From positions 147,740 to 211,739 of the forward strand of contig JAFIGS010000014.1 in the NCBI GenBank assembly GCA_017849615.1: 64,000 nt of DNA, given 5' to 3'. A model generated the notes under the pieces. It searched no databases and had not been told where the DNA came from. It was given only the letters and a program-made list of their open reading frames with translations. This DNA is from Pseudolabrys sp. GTDB lineage: Bacteria > Pseudomonadota > Alphaproteobacteria > Rhizobiales > Xanthobacteraceae. This document shows, piece after piece, positions 1-8,700 of the stretch; the stretch's first letter is position 1; every line of letters starts with the position of its first letter. A program made the translations under genes and the position numbers.

Positions 1-217
1 TCAGGCGAAAGAGCAGCCGGATCAGCGCGACGGCCAGGATGATCACGCCAAAGGTAAAATGAAGACTGATCAACGTCGTCACCGGCGTATTGCGGCCGAT
101 GTGCGGCATCGTCCACGCGAAGGTAAATTGGGCGATCAGCAGGATGACGATCAGCCAGTGCAGGCTCTTGGCGGTCCCGGTGTAGCCGGCCGGCGCCAAG
201 TGAGTAGCGGTGCTCAT
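1..217 (-). CDS. cytochrome b561-family membrane protein, N-terminal fragment (gene continues past the left edge)
   Basis: Hand translation of the minus strand from ATG at 215-217 gives MSTATHLAPAGYTGTAKSLHWLIVILLIAQFTFAWTMPHIGRNTPVTTLISLHFTFGVIILAVALIRLLFRL..., open to position 1. It is absent from the ORF track because there is no stop in the window. The LHW motif plus hydrophobic helices carrying His resemble CybB/YodB-type b561 N-termini. Confidence 0.55.
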   Translation of the reverse strand, partial: MSTATHLAPAGYTGTAKSLHWLIVILLIAQFTFAWTMPHIGRNTPVTTLISLHFTFGVIILAVALIRLLFRL

Positions 218-534
218 GTCAGATCCTCGGCAAAGAAGCGTCTGCGACCATCTTGCGGCGGAACCCCCGGCTACCTATATGCGTTTCAATCGCGATGTCG
301 AGCGCATGGCAGCGCTCCGTTGCGCCGCGGTTATACCGCGGTTACGGCCACGAAAAGCGGGTGACGCCGGATGTACGCGCACCTCTAATTCGTGGTCGTT
401 TCTTTTCAGGCCTGATGAGCTTGCCGGGATTGTCCCCGCAGGTCTCCCGCGACAGCGTCGAGCTATGCACGCGCTGGTCCTCAATCGGACCGGGCTTGCA
501 ACGTGCTCCGCTGTCGCGAGGCGTGGGTGCGGCT

Positions 535-1071
535 TCAGGCGTCTTCCGCCGGCCGCGCCCACGCCGCTTTCGCGCCGATGGCGGCGACCGCGACGAGAAA
601 CGTTGAAATCAAGACGTCGTAACCGGCCATCGAAATGCCGAACAGGCGCCACGAGGCATCGTCGCAGCGCGCGATGCGGATGGTCTGCAGACGGTTGAGC
701 ATGTCGCCGGCGGTGCCGAAATTATTGACCGGCCCCGAGCAATCAGCCGGGCCCGGCCAGAACTTCCACTCCACTCCGGCGTGGAAGGCGGCGAGCCCCG
801 TATTCCAGAGCATAACGGCCGCGATCACCAGAAAGCCGAGCAGCAGCACTTTCCGGGAGGCGCCATGACCCGCGCCCAGACACAGCAACGCGGCCAGCGG
901 CACGGCGACGTAGAACGCCTTGCGCTGGTCGAGGCACAGAGCACAGGGCTCATAGCCCAGCACATGCTCGAAGAACAGAAAGCCGAAAATCGTGGCGAGC
1001 CCGACCAGCGCCACGAGCGCCGCGGCACTGGCAACCGGGTCTTTACGCATCATGGACTGAATTTCAGGCAT
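535..1071 (-). CDS. dsbB: disulfide bond formation protein B family
   Basis: 178-aa ORF with four hydrophobic segments. First loop Cys pair is CALC (YEPCALCLDQRK). A second Cys pair (PADCSGP ... IARCDD) lies in the later loop, as in DsbB. Confidence 0.8.
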   Translation of the reverse strand: MPEIQSMMRKDPVASAAALVALVGLATIFGFLFFEHVLGYEPCALCLDQRKAFYVAVPLAALLCLGAGHGASRKVLLLGFLVIAAVMLWNTGLAAFHAGVEWKFWPGPADCSGPVNNFGTAGDMLNRLQTIRIARCDDASWRLFGISMAGYDVLISTFLVAVAAIGAKAAWARPAEDA

Positions 1072-1185
1072 CCGGCGGTTCCAGACTGATGTGGCGCGTT
1101 TCCGGACGGCGAACCGGCTTCTGCTTGACCGGGACAGGCGCCGACGCCGTCAGTGCGGGCGTTCGGCCGAACCTTGCGAGGAAGA

Positions 1186-1270
1186 TGGTGCCCCTGGCCG
1201 GACTCGAACCAGCACACCTTGCGGTACCTGATTTTGAGTCAGGCGCGTCTACCAATTCCGCCACAGGGGC
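1186..1270 (-). tRNA. tRNA-Leu, anticodon CAA
   Basis: The reverse complement reads GCCCCTGTGGCGGAATTGGTAGACGCGCCTGACTCAAAATCAGGTACCGCAAGGTGTGCTGGTTCGAGTCCGGCCAGGGGCACCA. It has a 7-bp acceptor stem, anticodon stem CCTGA/TCAGG with loop CTCAAAA, a long variable arm, a TTCGAGT T-loop and an encoded CCA. Confidence 0.95.
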
Positions 1271-1485
1271 ATCTTTCATCGCGCCAGGGAGCCGAGACAA
1301 CCCGCTCCGGCGCTTCGCGGGCGGGATAATAGCCACGCGAAGCCGCCGGTCAACCGCGGTTCCACCTGGGTTCTCGGAGTTCCGTGGCCCCCGGATGTGG
1401 CGCTTTCGGGGCAAATCGACAAGCACCGCAGGAACCTACTCCGCCGATCGTTATTAATAGCATCGACACCAGTGAGGAGCAGCTC

Positions 1486-1776
1486 ATGATCAGGACGACC
1501 ATTTTCGCCGCCGCGGCGGCAGCGTTGTTTGCCCTGGCCGCACCCGGCCCGGCGCAGGCGGCCAAGGCCAATCCAGGTCTGGGCGCCACGATGCCAACGG
1601 CGACCGAGACAGTGCAGTACTACTACGGCCCGCGCCGCCATCGCGGCTACTACCATCGGCATCATCACCGCCGCTATTACGGTCCGCCGCGTTACCGCAG
1701 CTACGGCTATTACCCGGGCTATCGCCGCTGCGTGACCGTTTGGAACGGCTATCGCTACGTGCGGCGCTGCCGCTAA
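1486..1776 (+). CDS. small secreted Tyr/Arg/His-rich protein (96 aa), function unknown
   Basis: Internal ATG of ORF 1384..1776 with GAGGAG 6 nt upstream. Signal peptide MIRTTIFAAAAAALFALAAPGPAQA. Low-complexity C-terminus YYYGPRRHRGYYHRHHHRRYYGPPRYRSYGYYPGYRRCVTVWNGYRYVRRCR. A clean terminator follows. Confidence 0.65.
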   Translation: MIRTTIFAAAAAALFALAAPGPAQAAKANPGLGATMPTATETVQYYYGPRRHRGYYHRHHHRRYYGPPRYRSYGYYPGYRRCVTVWNGYRYVRRCR

Positions 1777-1796
1777 GCTGCATCTCGAATGTGGTG

Positions 1797-1826
1797 ATCG
1801 CCCGCGCAAGCGGGCGATTACTTTTT
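1797..1826 (+). terminator. intrinsic terminator after the Tyr/Arg/His-rich gene
   Basis: ATCGCCCGC-GCAA-GCGGGCGAT forms a perfect 9-bp stem (1797-1818), followed by TAC and T5 (1822-1826). It overlaps the stop codon of the convergent gene 1825..3177. Confidence 0.8.
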
Positions 1827-3177
1827 AAGACACGTTCTGACGACCGAAGGCGGCTTCCATCTCGCGCCGCACTTTCACCGCGATATCGCTCGCGTCGTAA
1901 TCGACGTCCGACCAGCGCAAGGCTTCGCCTTCGGCGATGTCGCGCTTGAGCTTGACGTCGTGCGCGAGACCGAGCGGCAGCAAGCCGCCATCGAGCGAGA
2001 CGTCGGCCGGAGTCTGCTTGCCCCAGACGCAGAAGCCACCCTCGCCATCCAGCATTTCGCCGGCCTTGAGTGCTTTCTTGGCCGTCGCCACCACATCCGA
2101 ACGGAATGCAACCGGCGCGCCGGTCGGCTCATGGCGCAGCGCGCATGACGCTACCGAAATGCCGAGCTCCAGCCCGATCATATGGATCGGCCGGTACAGC
2201 GCGGCATATTTGCCGGACTTGTCCGGCAACATCGCATACTCCTTGAAACAGCGCCGCGCGTAGTCGGTTTCGCCTTCGAACACGACATAGGTGCCGAGCG
2301 CCAGATGATGCGGCACATCCGTGCCGTCGCGATAGACCGACGACGTTACTTCGGTGACGCCTTCCCCCTCGAGCGTACCGCCCTCCGCCTTGGGCTTGCA
2401 GATGTCGGCAAGTTCGAACCGCGTCGCCGGCGGGAAATGCAGGCCGTCCGGTTGCGGCCGCAAGCCCGTGGCATTGCATACGGCGGTCATCTCGATGCCC
2501 GACTTGGTGCCATCGACGAAGGAATTGAACATCTTTGGATTGATGGAATTGCGATCCGTGATGTTGAGATAGCGGTCGAGGATGTCCCAGACATTGTCCG
2601 GGTTGGATCGGTGGTAATGCGGCTCATAGCGTGTGCCCTTGCCCGCCGCGATGACCTTGAAGCCGGCGGCGCGGGCCCAATCGACCTGCTCGCAGATCAG
2701 CGCCGGTTGATCGCCCCAGGCCAGGGAATAGACAACGCCCGCGGCCTTGGCCTTGCGCGCCAGCAGCGGGCCGGCGACGGCATCGGCTTCGACATTGACC
2801 ATGACAATGTGCTTGCCATGCTCGATCGCCTTGAGGCAATGCGCGATGCCGGCGCCCGGAACACCGGTCGCTTCGACAATGACCTCGATGCGCGGATCGG
2901 CGATCAGCGATTCCGCATCCGGCGTGACGAGGGTCGCGCGCCTGGCGTGCGCGTCGTCGAGCGATGCTGCAGCGTAAAGCGTCTCCGGCCAGCCGGCCGT
3001 CTTCAACTGACCGCGGGCCCGGTCAGCATTCAGGTCGGCGACGCCGACGATGTGGGTGCCGGCGGTCAGTCGCGCTTGCGATAAATACATGGTGCCGAAT
3101 TTGCCGGCGCCGATAACGCCGACGGTGACCGGCTTGCCGGCCGCCTCGCGTTCGAGAAGTTTGGCGTGAAGATTCAT
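1825..3177 (-). CDS. NAD(P)-binding oxidoreductase, homoserine-dehydrogenase-like with SAF-type C-terminus (COG4091-like)
   Basis: ORF 1825..3261 trimmed to ATG 3177, which has GAGGGAG about 9 nt upstream. The 28 upstream codons are Arg/Cys-rich noise. Rossmann motif VGVIGAGKFG lies near the N-terminus. Length is 450 aa. The family assignment is from recollection only. Confidence 0.6.
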   Translation of the reverse strand: MNLHAKLLEREAAGKPVTVGVIGAGKFGTMYLSQARLTAGTHIVGVADLNADRARGQLKTAGWPETLYAAASLDDAHARRATLVTPDAESLIADPRIEVIVEATGVPGAGIAHCLKAIEHGKHIVMVNVEADAVAGPLLARKAKAAGVVYSLAWGDQPALICEQVDWARAAGFKVIAAGKGTRYEPHYHRSNPDNVWDILDRYLNITDRNSINPKMFNSFVDGTKSGIEMTAVCNATGLRPQPDGLHFPPATRFELADICKPKAEGGTLEGEGVTEVTSSVYRDGTDVPHHLALGTYVVFEGETDYARRCFKEYAMLPDKSGKYAALYRPIHMIGLELGISVASCALRHEPTGAPVAFRSDVVATAKKALKAGEMLDGEGGFCVWGKQTPADVSLDGGLLPLGLAHDVKLKRDIAEGEALRWSDVDYDASDIAVKVRREMEAAFGRQNVS

Positions 3178-3289
3178 GGGCGTTTGCTCCCTCAGTCTTT
3201 TCGTTGAGAGCAACAGAACACGGCACGCACAGCCGGACAAGGCGACAGCCCGGCGGCGCATGCCATTCCTGCGGATTGACGAAAAAAGC

Positions 3290-3772
3290 CTACTGGCAGA
3301 GCGCGCGCGAAACGAAGGTCTCGGTGCGACATTCTGCGCCGCTGTTCCGACCGGAAAGATAGACCTGCGCAGGGCACGTCTCGGCGGTGGTCATGTCGGC
3401 GCTTGTGCCGCTGACGAAACCGCGCGCCTTGCACATGGCGGTTGCCGCGGCGACGCAATCCGGCGCACCGTTTGGGGCGGTGCGGCACTTCTCGTGGCCC
3501 GTAACGACGCGAGCCGTGGGAATTCGGGCGACCGCGCCTGCAGCGTCCCTCGCGCCTTCGACCGTCGACTTTGCCGCAACGCCGGCCTCGCGGCCGAAAT
3601 TCTCCACGCCCTTGCCGGCATCCTTGAACGATGAGCCGAGATTGTCGAACCACCGGCCGATGCTTTCGAACAAGCCAGGTTCTTCAGGCTTGGCGCGCTG
3701 ATCCTGCCCCAGAACGATAGCGGGCGCGGCCAGCAACAGCGCGGCCGTCAGCAGGCCACGCTGTGCGGCCAT
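3290..3772 (-). CDS. secreted hypothetical protein with six Cys
   Basis: ORF 3290..3901 trimmed to ATG 3772. MAAQRGLLTAALLLAAPAIVLGQ looks like a signal peptide. Amino-acid composition is balanced, unlike the Arg/Ala-rich overlapping frames. The start codon is uncertain (alternatives at 3814 and 3901). Confidence 0.5.
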   Translation of the reverse strand: MAAQRGLLTAALLLAAPAIVLGQDQRAKPEEPGLFESIGRWFDNLGSSFKDAGKGVENFGREAGVAAKSTVEGARDAAGAVARIPTARVVTGHEKCRTAPNGAPDCVAAATAMCKARGFVSGTSADMTTAETCPAQVYLSGRNSGAECRTETFVSRALCQ

Positions 3773-3917
3773 TGCCGCATGCCAAAGCCAAAAATGTGCA
3801 GCGCCCCAAGACATCTCTACTGCGCCTGAAATCCGGGCCACCGACGCCGGCCCCATAACGCGCAATATCAGTGTATCCGCACAGCCGGGCGGCGGAGGCA
3901 AAAAACCGCCGATTCGG

Positions 3918-4532
3918 TCAGAACAAGTATACCGCTCCGACGAGGCCGAACACGACCACCGCCGCGCCGATGGCGGTATAGAGGCCCAGGCGCTTCTCGA
4001 TCATCAGCCGCGCCTGCTCGCCGTACCGATGGATCAGGAACGCGACCATATAAAACCGCATCGCGCGCGCGAGGATCGAGAAAATAATGAACAGGAAGAT
4101 GTTGTAGGCCGCAAAGCCCGCGGTCAGGGTCACGACTTTATAGGGGATCGGCGTCAGACCCTTGAGCAGGATAATCCACGCGCCCCAGTGGGCGTAGCCG
4201 TGACGGAACGTCTCCATCTTGTCCTGGAGTCCGTACACCGAGACCAGCCAGGCTCCGACCGAGTCGTATAGAAAAGCACCGATGGCGTAACCGAGGATGC
4301 CGCCGAGAACCGAGGAGATGGTGCAAACCGTGGCGAACCAATAGGCCCGCTTGGGATGCGCCAGCGACATCGGCACCAGCATGACGTCCGGCGGAATCGG
4401 GAAGAACGAGCTTTCCGCGAAGGAAATCGCCCCCATCGTCCAGGTGGCATGCGGCTTGTGGGCGGCTTCGATGCAGCGGTCGTAAAGACGGCGCAGCCAG
4501 TTACGCGGGGGGGCGGCCTCGATCGGGGTCAT
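3918..4532 (-). CDS. YqaA/DedA-family inner membrane protein
   Basis: 204-aa ORF. It carries the FAESSFFPIPPDVMLVPM motif and 4-5 hydrophobic segments. The layout is collinear with YqaA-type proteins as I remember them. Confidence 0.75.
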   Translation of the reverse strand: MTPIEAAPPRNWLRRLYDRCIEAAHKPHATWTMGAISFAESSFFPIPPDVMLVPMSLAHPKRAYWFATVCTISSVLGGILGYAIGAFLYDSVGAWLVSVYGLQDKMETFRHGYAHWGAWIILLKGLTPIPYKVVTLTAGFAAYNIFLFIIFSILARAMRFYMVAFLIHRYGEQARLMIEKRLGLYTAIGAAVVVFGLVGAVYLF

Positions 4533-4574
4533 ACGCGCACTCTTGCTGGGGAATTGTGACGGAGAAACGACGCT

Positions 4575-4991
4575 CTAGCGTCGCTTCGCAGTCCGCTGGG
4601 GCTGCAGCGCGACCACCCGGGCCACCGATTTGGGCTGCGGCTGCGGCTGCGGCTGCGGCTTGACCAGGTCCTTGACCGAATCCTTGGGCAATTTTTCGGC
4701 AATTCCGAAAAGCCGCTCGCGGCGACGCATTTCGGCCCAGACCTGATCCGGGGTAACGCCGGCATGGACCCAGAGCACAACGAGATTGTAGAGCAAATCC
4801 GCGCTTTCGCGGACGACGGCCTCAGGCTGGCCATCGAGGGCGTCGATCACGACCTCGACCGCCTCTTCCGCGAGCTTTTTGGCCATTTTCGCCCGGCCGG
4901 CCTGAAGAAGCTTGGCTGTACGCGATTTCGCCGGGTCTGCGGCCCGGGCAGCCAGGACGGCATTGTGGAGGCGTGAAATCGAATCGGCCAT
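4575..4991 (-). CDS. hisE: phosphoribosyl-ATP pyrophosphatase with an extended basic C-terminal tail
   Basis: 138-aa ORF. The first ~100 aa (LHNAVLAARAADPAKSRTAKLLQAGRAKMAKKLAEEAVEVVIDA...ESADLLYNLVVLWVHAGVTPDQVWAEMRRRE) match the HisE/MazG-like core. An extra ~35-aa tail contains PQPQPQPQP. Confidence 0.8.
   Translation of the reverse strand: MADSISRLHNAVLAARAADPAKSRTAKLLQAGRAKMAKKLAEEAVEVVIDALDGQPEAVVRESADLLYNLVVLWVHAGVTPDQVWAEMRRRERLFGIAEKLPKDSVKDLVKPQPQPQPQPKSVARVVALQPQRTAKRR
4633..4660. repeat. tandem hexanucleotide repeat (GGCTGC) x 4.7 inside the hisE tail
   Basis: GGCTGCGGCTGCGGCTGCGGCTGCGGCT is read directly from the sequence. It encodes PQPQPQPQP on the minus strand. Confidence 0.95.
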
Positions 4992-5077
4992 GGGGCACCA
5001 TAGCCGATAGTTTTCAATGCATTGTTAAAGAAAATGAGGGCCGCGGATCGTGCGGCCCTCGGTGTTTGTTCGCGGTG

Positions 5078-5566
5078 CTAGCGGTTCATGCCGTCATTCT
5101 GGATAGGGGGGCTGCCGACATAGTTGCCCGGATGCCCGCCCGCGCCCATATCCGGGCGCGGGTTGGGGTAGCCGCGATGGGGCTGCGGCCGATAGTAGGT
5201 CCGGCCGCTGTTGTAGTAGCGGGAGCCACCGTAATACCCGCTACGCCCGTAATAGCCACTGCGCCCGTAATAGCCGCGGTCGCCATAGTAATAGCCGTCG
5301 CGATAGTAGCGATCCCGCTGCGAATCCTGGATCGCCAGCCCGATCATCGCTCCGGCGATGCCGGCAAAGGCGGCGGCGCCGGCGGCGCTGTGACCACGAT
5401 GCCGCTTCTTCTTCGAAGCGACCTGAATGATATCGGCATTGTCGGCATTCAATTGAACGGCCTTCTGCAATGAAGCCGCCGGCGCCGCCGTGGCGGCGCC
5501 AATACCGAGCGAACTGACCGCCATCACAGCAGCCAAGGTCGCGGCAATCGGAATTCTCACTCGCAT
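5078..5566 (-). CDS. secreted Gly/Tyr/Arg-rich repeat protein (162 aa), function unknown
   Basis: ORF 5078..5605 trimmed to ATG 5566 (GGGAGCGAG upstream). Signal peptide MRVRIPIAATLAAVMAVSSLGIGAATA. Glycine-zipper-like segment GAAAFAGIAGAMIGLAI. This is followed by RDRYYRDGYYYGDRGYYGRSGYYGRSGYYGGSRYYNSGRTYYRPQ. Confidence 0.65.
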   Translation of the reverse strand: MRVRIPIAATLAAVMAVSSLGIGAATAAPAASLQKAVQLNADNADIIQVASKKKRHRGHSAAGAAAFAGIAGAMIGLAIQDSQRDRYYRDGYYYGDRGYYGRSGYYGRSGYYGGSRYYNSGRTYYRPQPHRGYPNPRPDMGAGGHPGNYVGSPPIQNDGMNR

Positions 5567-5710
5567 CGTTCTCGCTCCCTGCTTATCTCTCACATGCTCA
5601 ATCATTCAACGTGCGCGTACGCTCGATCCTGTGCGCGCGCACGAATGAGTGATGGGGGGCGGCGTGACAGAATGACGCAGCTTGGTGGAGAGACTACAAA
5701 TCGCCTGTGT

Positions 5711-8700
5711 TTATTCACCCTCAGCCAACAGCGTCGCATTGCCCCCGGAGGCCGCAGTATTCACGGTCACCACCTGTTCCAACGCAAAGCGAGCCAGATA
5801 GTTCGGCCCGCCGGCTTTGGGCCCGGTGCCGGACAAACCGTTGCCGCCGAATGGCTGCGAGCCGACCACGGCGCCGATCATGTTTCGATTGATGTAGACA
5901 TTCCCATTGGCCAATCGCGCCGCAACCTTGTCGATCATCGCGTCAATGCGCGAGTGGACGCCCAGCGTCAGGCCGTAGCCGGTGCCGGCGATGGCAGCGA
6001 GCAGCGCGTCGAGCTCGCCGGCCCGCCAGCGCACGACATGCAGCACAGGGCCGAACACCTCTTCGGCGAGGTCGCGCGCACCGGCGAGTTCGACAATGGC
6101 CGGCGCGACAAAGGTGCCGTCCGCCGGACCGTCCTCGCCCTGAAAGCGCAGCGCCCCGCGCGCCGCCATGCCAGCGATCCAGCGCTCGAGCCTGCCCTTG
6201 GCTTCGTCGTCGATCACCGGCCCCACATGGGTGGAAAGATCGCGCGGATCACCGAGCTTCAATTCACGCGCCGCGCCCTCGATCATTTCCAGGACCTTGT
6301 CGGCGACATCGTCCTGCACGCAGAGCAGCCGCAGCGCCGAACAACGCTGGCCGGCGGAGCGAAACGCCGACATCACCACATCGTCCGTGACCTGCTCGGG
6401 GAGCGCGGTGGCGTCGACAATCATGGCATTGATGCCGCCCGTCTCGGCGATCAGCGGCACGATCGGCCCATCCTTGGCCGCCAGCGCTCGATTGATGAGA
6501 CGCGCCACGTCGGTCGAGCCGGTGAAGGCAACGCCGGCGACCGCCGGATGCGCGGTCAATAATGCACCGACCTTGCCGTCGCCTGGCGCGAGATGCAGCG
6601 CCGCCGCCGGCACGCCGGCCTCATGCAGCAACTTCACCGTCTCGAACGCGATCAGCGGCGTCTGCTCGGCCGGCTTGGCAACCACGGCGTTGCCGGCGAC
6701 CAGCGCGGCGGCAACCTGCCCGGTGAAAATGGCGAGCGGGAAATTCCACGGGCTGATGCAAATGAAAACGCCGCGGCCGCGATGACGAAGCTGGTTGCTC
6801 TCACCGGTCGGCCCCGGCAGCGTCTTCGGCACGAAATCGCTCAAGGCCCGGGCCGCGTAGTAGCGACAGAAATCGGCGGCCTCCCGCACTTCGGACATGC
6901 AGTCGTCCAGGGTCTTGCCGCCCTCGCTCTGCAGCAGCGCGATCAGCCGGCCGCGTCGGGCTTCGATCAGGTCGGCGGCGCGATCGAGCGCCGCGGCGCG
7001 CGTTTCAAGGGCGGTTGCGTTCCATGCCGCAAAGCCGTGCTGCGCCGCGCGCATCATCGACGTCACGGCAGCTTCGTCGCATTCCGTGACGCGCCCGATC
7101 GTTGCGCCGTCGATCGGCGACTTCACATCGCGGTTCGTGCCCTTGATCGCGACGCCGTCAATTAGTGGCGCGGCGTCAACCGACGCCGGTGCCTTGGCGA
7201 CCTCAGCCCGGAGCGCGGCGAGCGAAGCGGCATGGCCGAATTCAACACCGGCGGAGTTCGTCCGCTCGGGCGCGAACAGATCGCGGGGCAGGGGAATATG
7301 CGAATGGCGGGCGCGGGCCGGATCGGCAATCCACGCCTGCGGCCTCTTGAGGATTTCAGTGACCGGCACGTCGGGATCGGCAGCGACCGACACGAAGGAC
7401 GAGTTGGCGCCGTTTTCGAGCAGGCGGCGCACCAGATAAGCCAGCAGATCCGCATAGCCCCCGACCGGCGCATAGGTGCGGCAGGCCAGTTGCGGGTTCT
7501 CGGCCAGCAGGGCGCCGTAGAGCGCGTCGCCCATGCCGTGCAGACGCTGGAATTCGAAGCCCTCGCTGCCGCCGGCATCTTCGAGCACGCCGGCGATGGT
7601 CAGCGCATTGTGCGTCGCGAATTGCGGATAGATGCGCGGCCGCAACGCGAGCAGCTTGCGTGCGCATTCGCCGTAACTGAGATCGGTCATCGCTTTGCGC
7701 GTGAACACCGGATAGTCGGCGAGACCCCGCTCCTGCGCGCGCTTTATCTCGGTGTCCCAATAAGCGCCCTTGACCAGCCGCACCATCAAACGGCGATCGA
7801 GCCGCTCGGCGAGCGTGGCGATCCAGTCGATCACCTCCGGCGCGCGCTTCTGATAAGCCTGAATGGCAAGCCCGAAGCCGTCCCAACCGACGAGCGATGG
7901 ATCGCGCAATGTCGCTTCGATGACATCGAGCGACAGTTCGAGCCGGTCGGCCTCCTCGGCATCGACGGTGAAGTTGAGATCGTAGCCTTTGGCCTGACGC
8001 GCGAGGGCAAGCAGAAGCGGCGGCAATTCGGCCATCACGCGTTCATGCGACAGGGCCTCATAACGCGGATGCAATGCCGAGAGCTTGACCGAGATGCCCG
8101 GACGCCGCGGCAACGCGGCATTGCCCGCCGACTTGCCGATGGCGTCAATGGCCTTCGCATATGAATCGAAATAGCGCCTGGCGTCTTCCGCGGTGCGGGC
8201 GCCCTCGCCCAGCATGTCGAAGGAATAGAGAAACTGCCGGGCCTCGCCGGCACGGTCCAGCGCGGCCTCGATGGTCTGCCCGAGCACGAAATGCGAGCCA
8301 AGCAGTTTCATCGCCTGCCGGGTCGCGGTACGCACCGCCGGCAGACCGAGCCGCTTGACCAGGGTGTCGACAATACCTTCCGGCGTTTCGCCCGGCGCGA
8401 TGACACGCGCGGTCGTCGCCAGCGCCCAGGCGGATGCCGACACCAGCAGCGTACCGGATTTGCGGTCGCCCTGATTCCAGTCGCCGCCCCTGAGTTTGTC
8501 CTCAATGAGCCGGTCGGCGGTGGCGCCGTCGGGAATGCGCAGCAGGGCCTCGGCCAGCACCATCAGGGCCAGGCCCTCTTTGGTCGAGAGCGCATAGGCG
8601 TGGAGGAAGTCCTCGACGCCGCCGAGACCGCCGACCCGCGCGCGGATCGCCTCGATCAGCCGGGTTGCCTGGACGTCGATGCGCGTCTCGGCGGCGCTGT

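Noticed and set aside
218-534. The 317-bp gap between the b561 fragment and dsbB as a hidden gene or sRNA. It includes a small palindrome CCGCGGT-TAT-ACCGCGG near 327-343.
   Set aside because: All ORFs across it are Arg-rich alternative-frame artefacts. I recognise no promoter-terminator pair or known RNA motif, so there is not enough evidence to annotate anything.
1186-1270. tRNA-Leu as an integration site marking a genomic island.
   Set aside because: I saw no integrase, no direct repeat of the tRNA 3' end and no compositional break. The neighbours (dsbB, oxidoreductase, hisE) look like core genes.
1825-3261. Longest-ORF starts for many genes. Examples are 1825..3261, 15792..17273, 18834..19640, 43921..44946, 58213..59361, 58935..61250, 9457..10590, 31469..32848 and 27998..28651.
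   Set aside because: The N-terminal extensions are Arg/Pro/Cys-rich, overlap the upstream gene, or lack an SD. Internal ATGs with SD-like sequences give canonical N-termini (signal peptides, Rossmann or Walker motifs close to the start, ATGA coupling).
4507-4513. Homopolymeric G/C tracts inside coding regions as phase-variation switches: G7 at 4507-4513 in the YqaA/DedA gene and G8 at 31041-31048 in the L,D-transpeptidase gene.
   Set aside because: At this base composition several runs of 7-8 G or C are expected by chance in 64 kb. They encode ordinary Pro-Pro codons, and the genes are not of the surface-variable type usually controlled this way.
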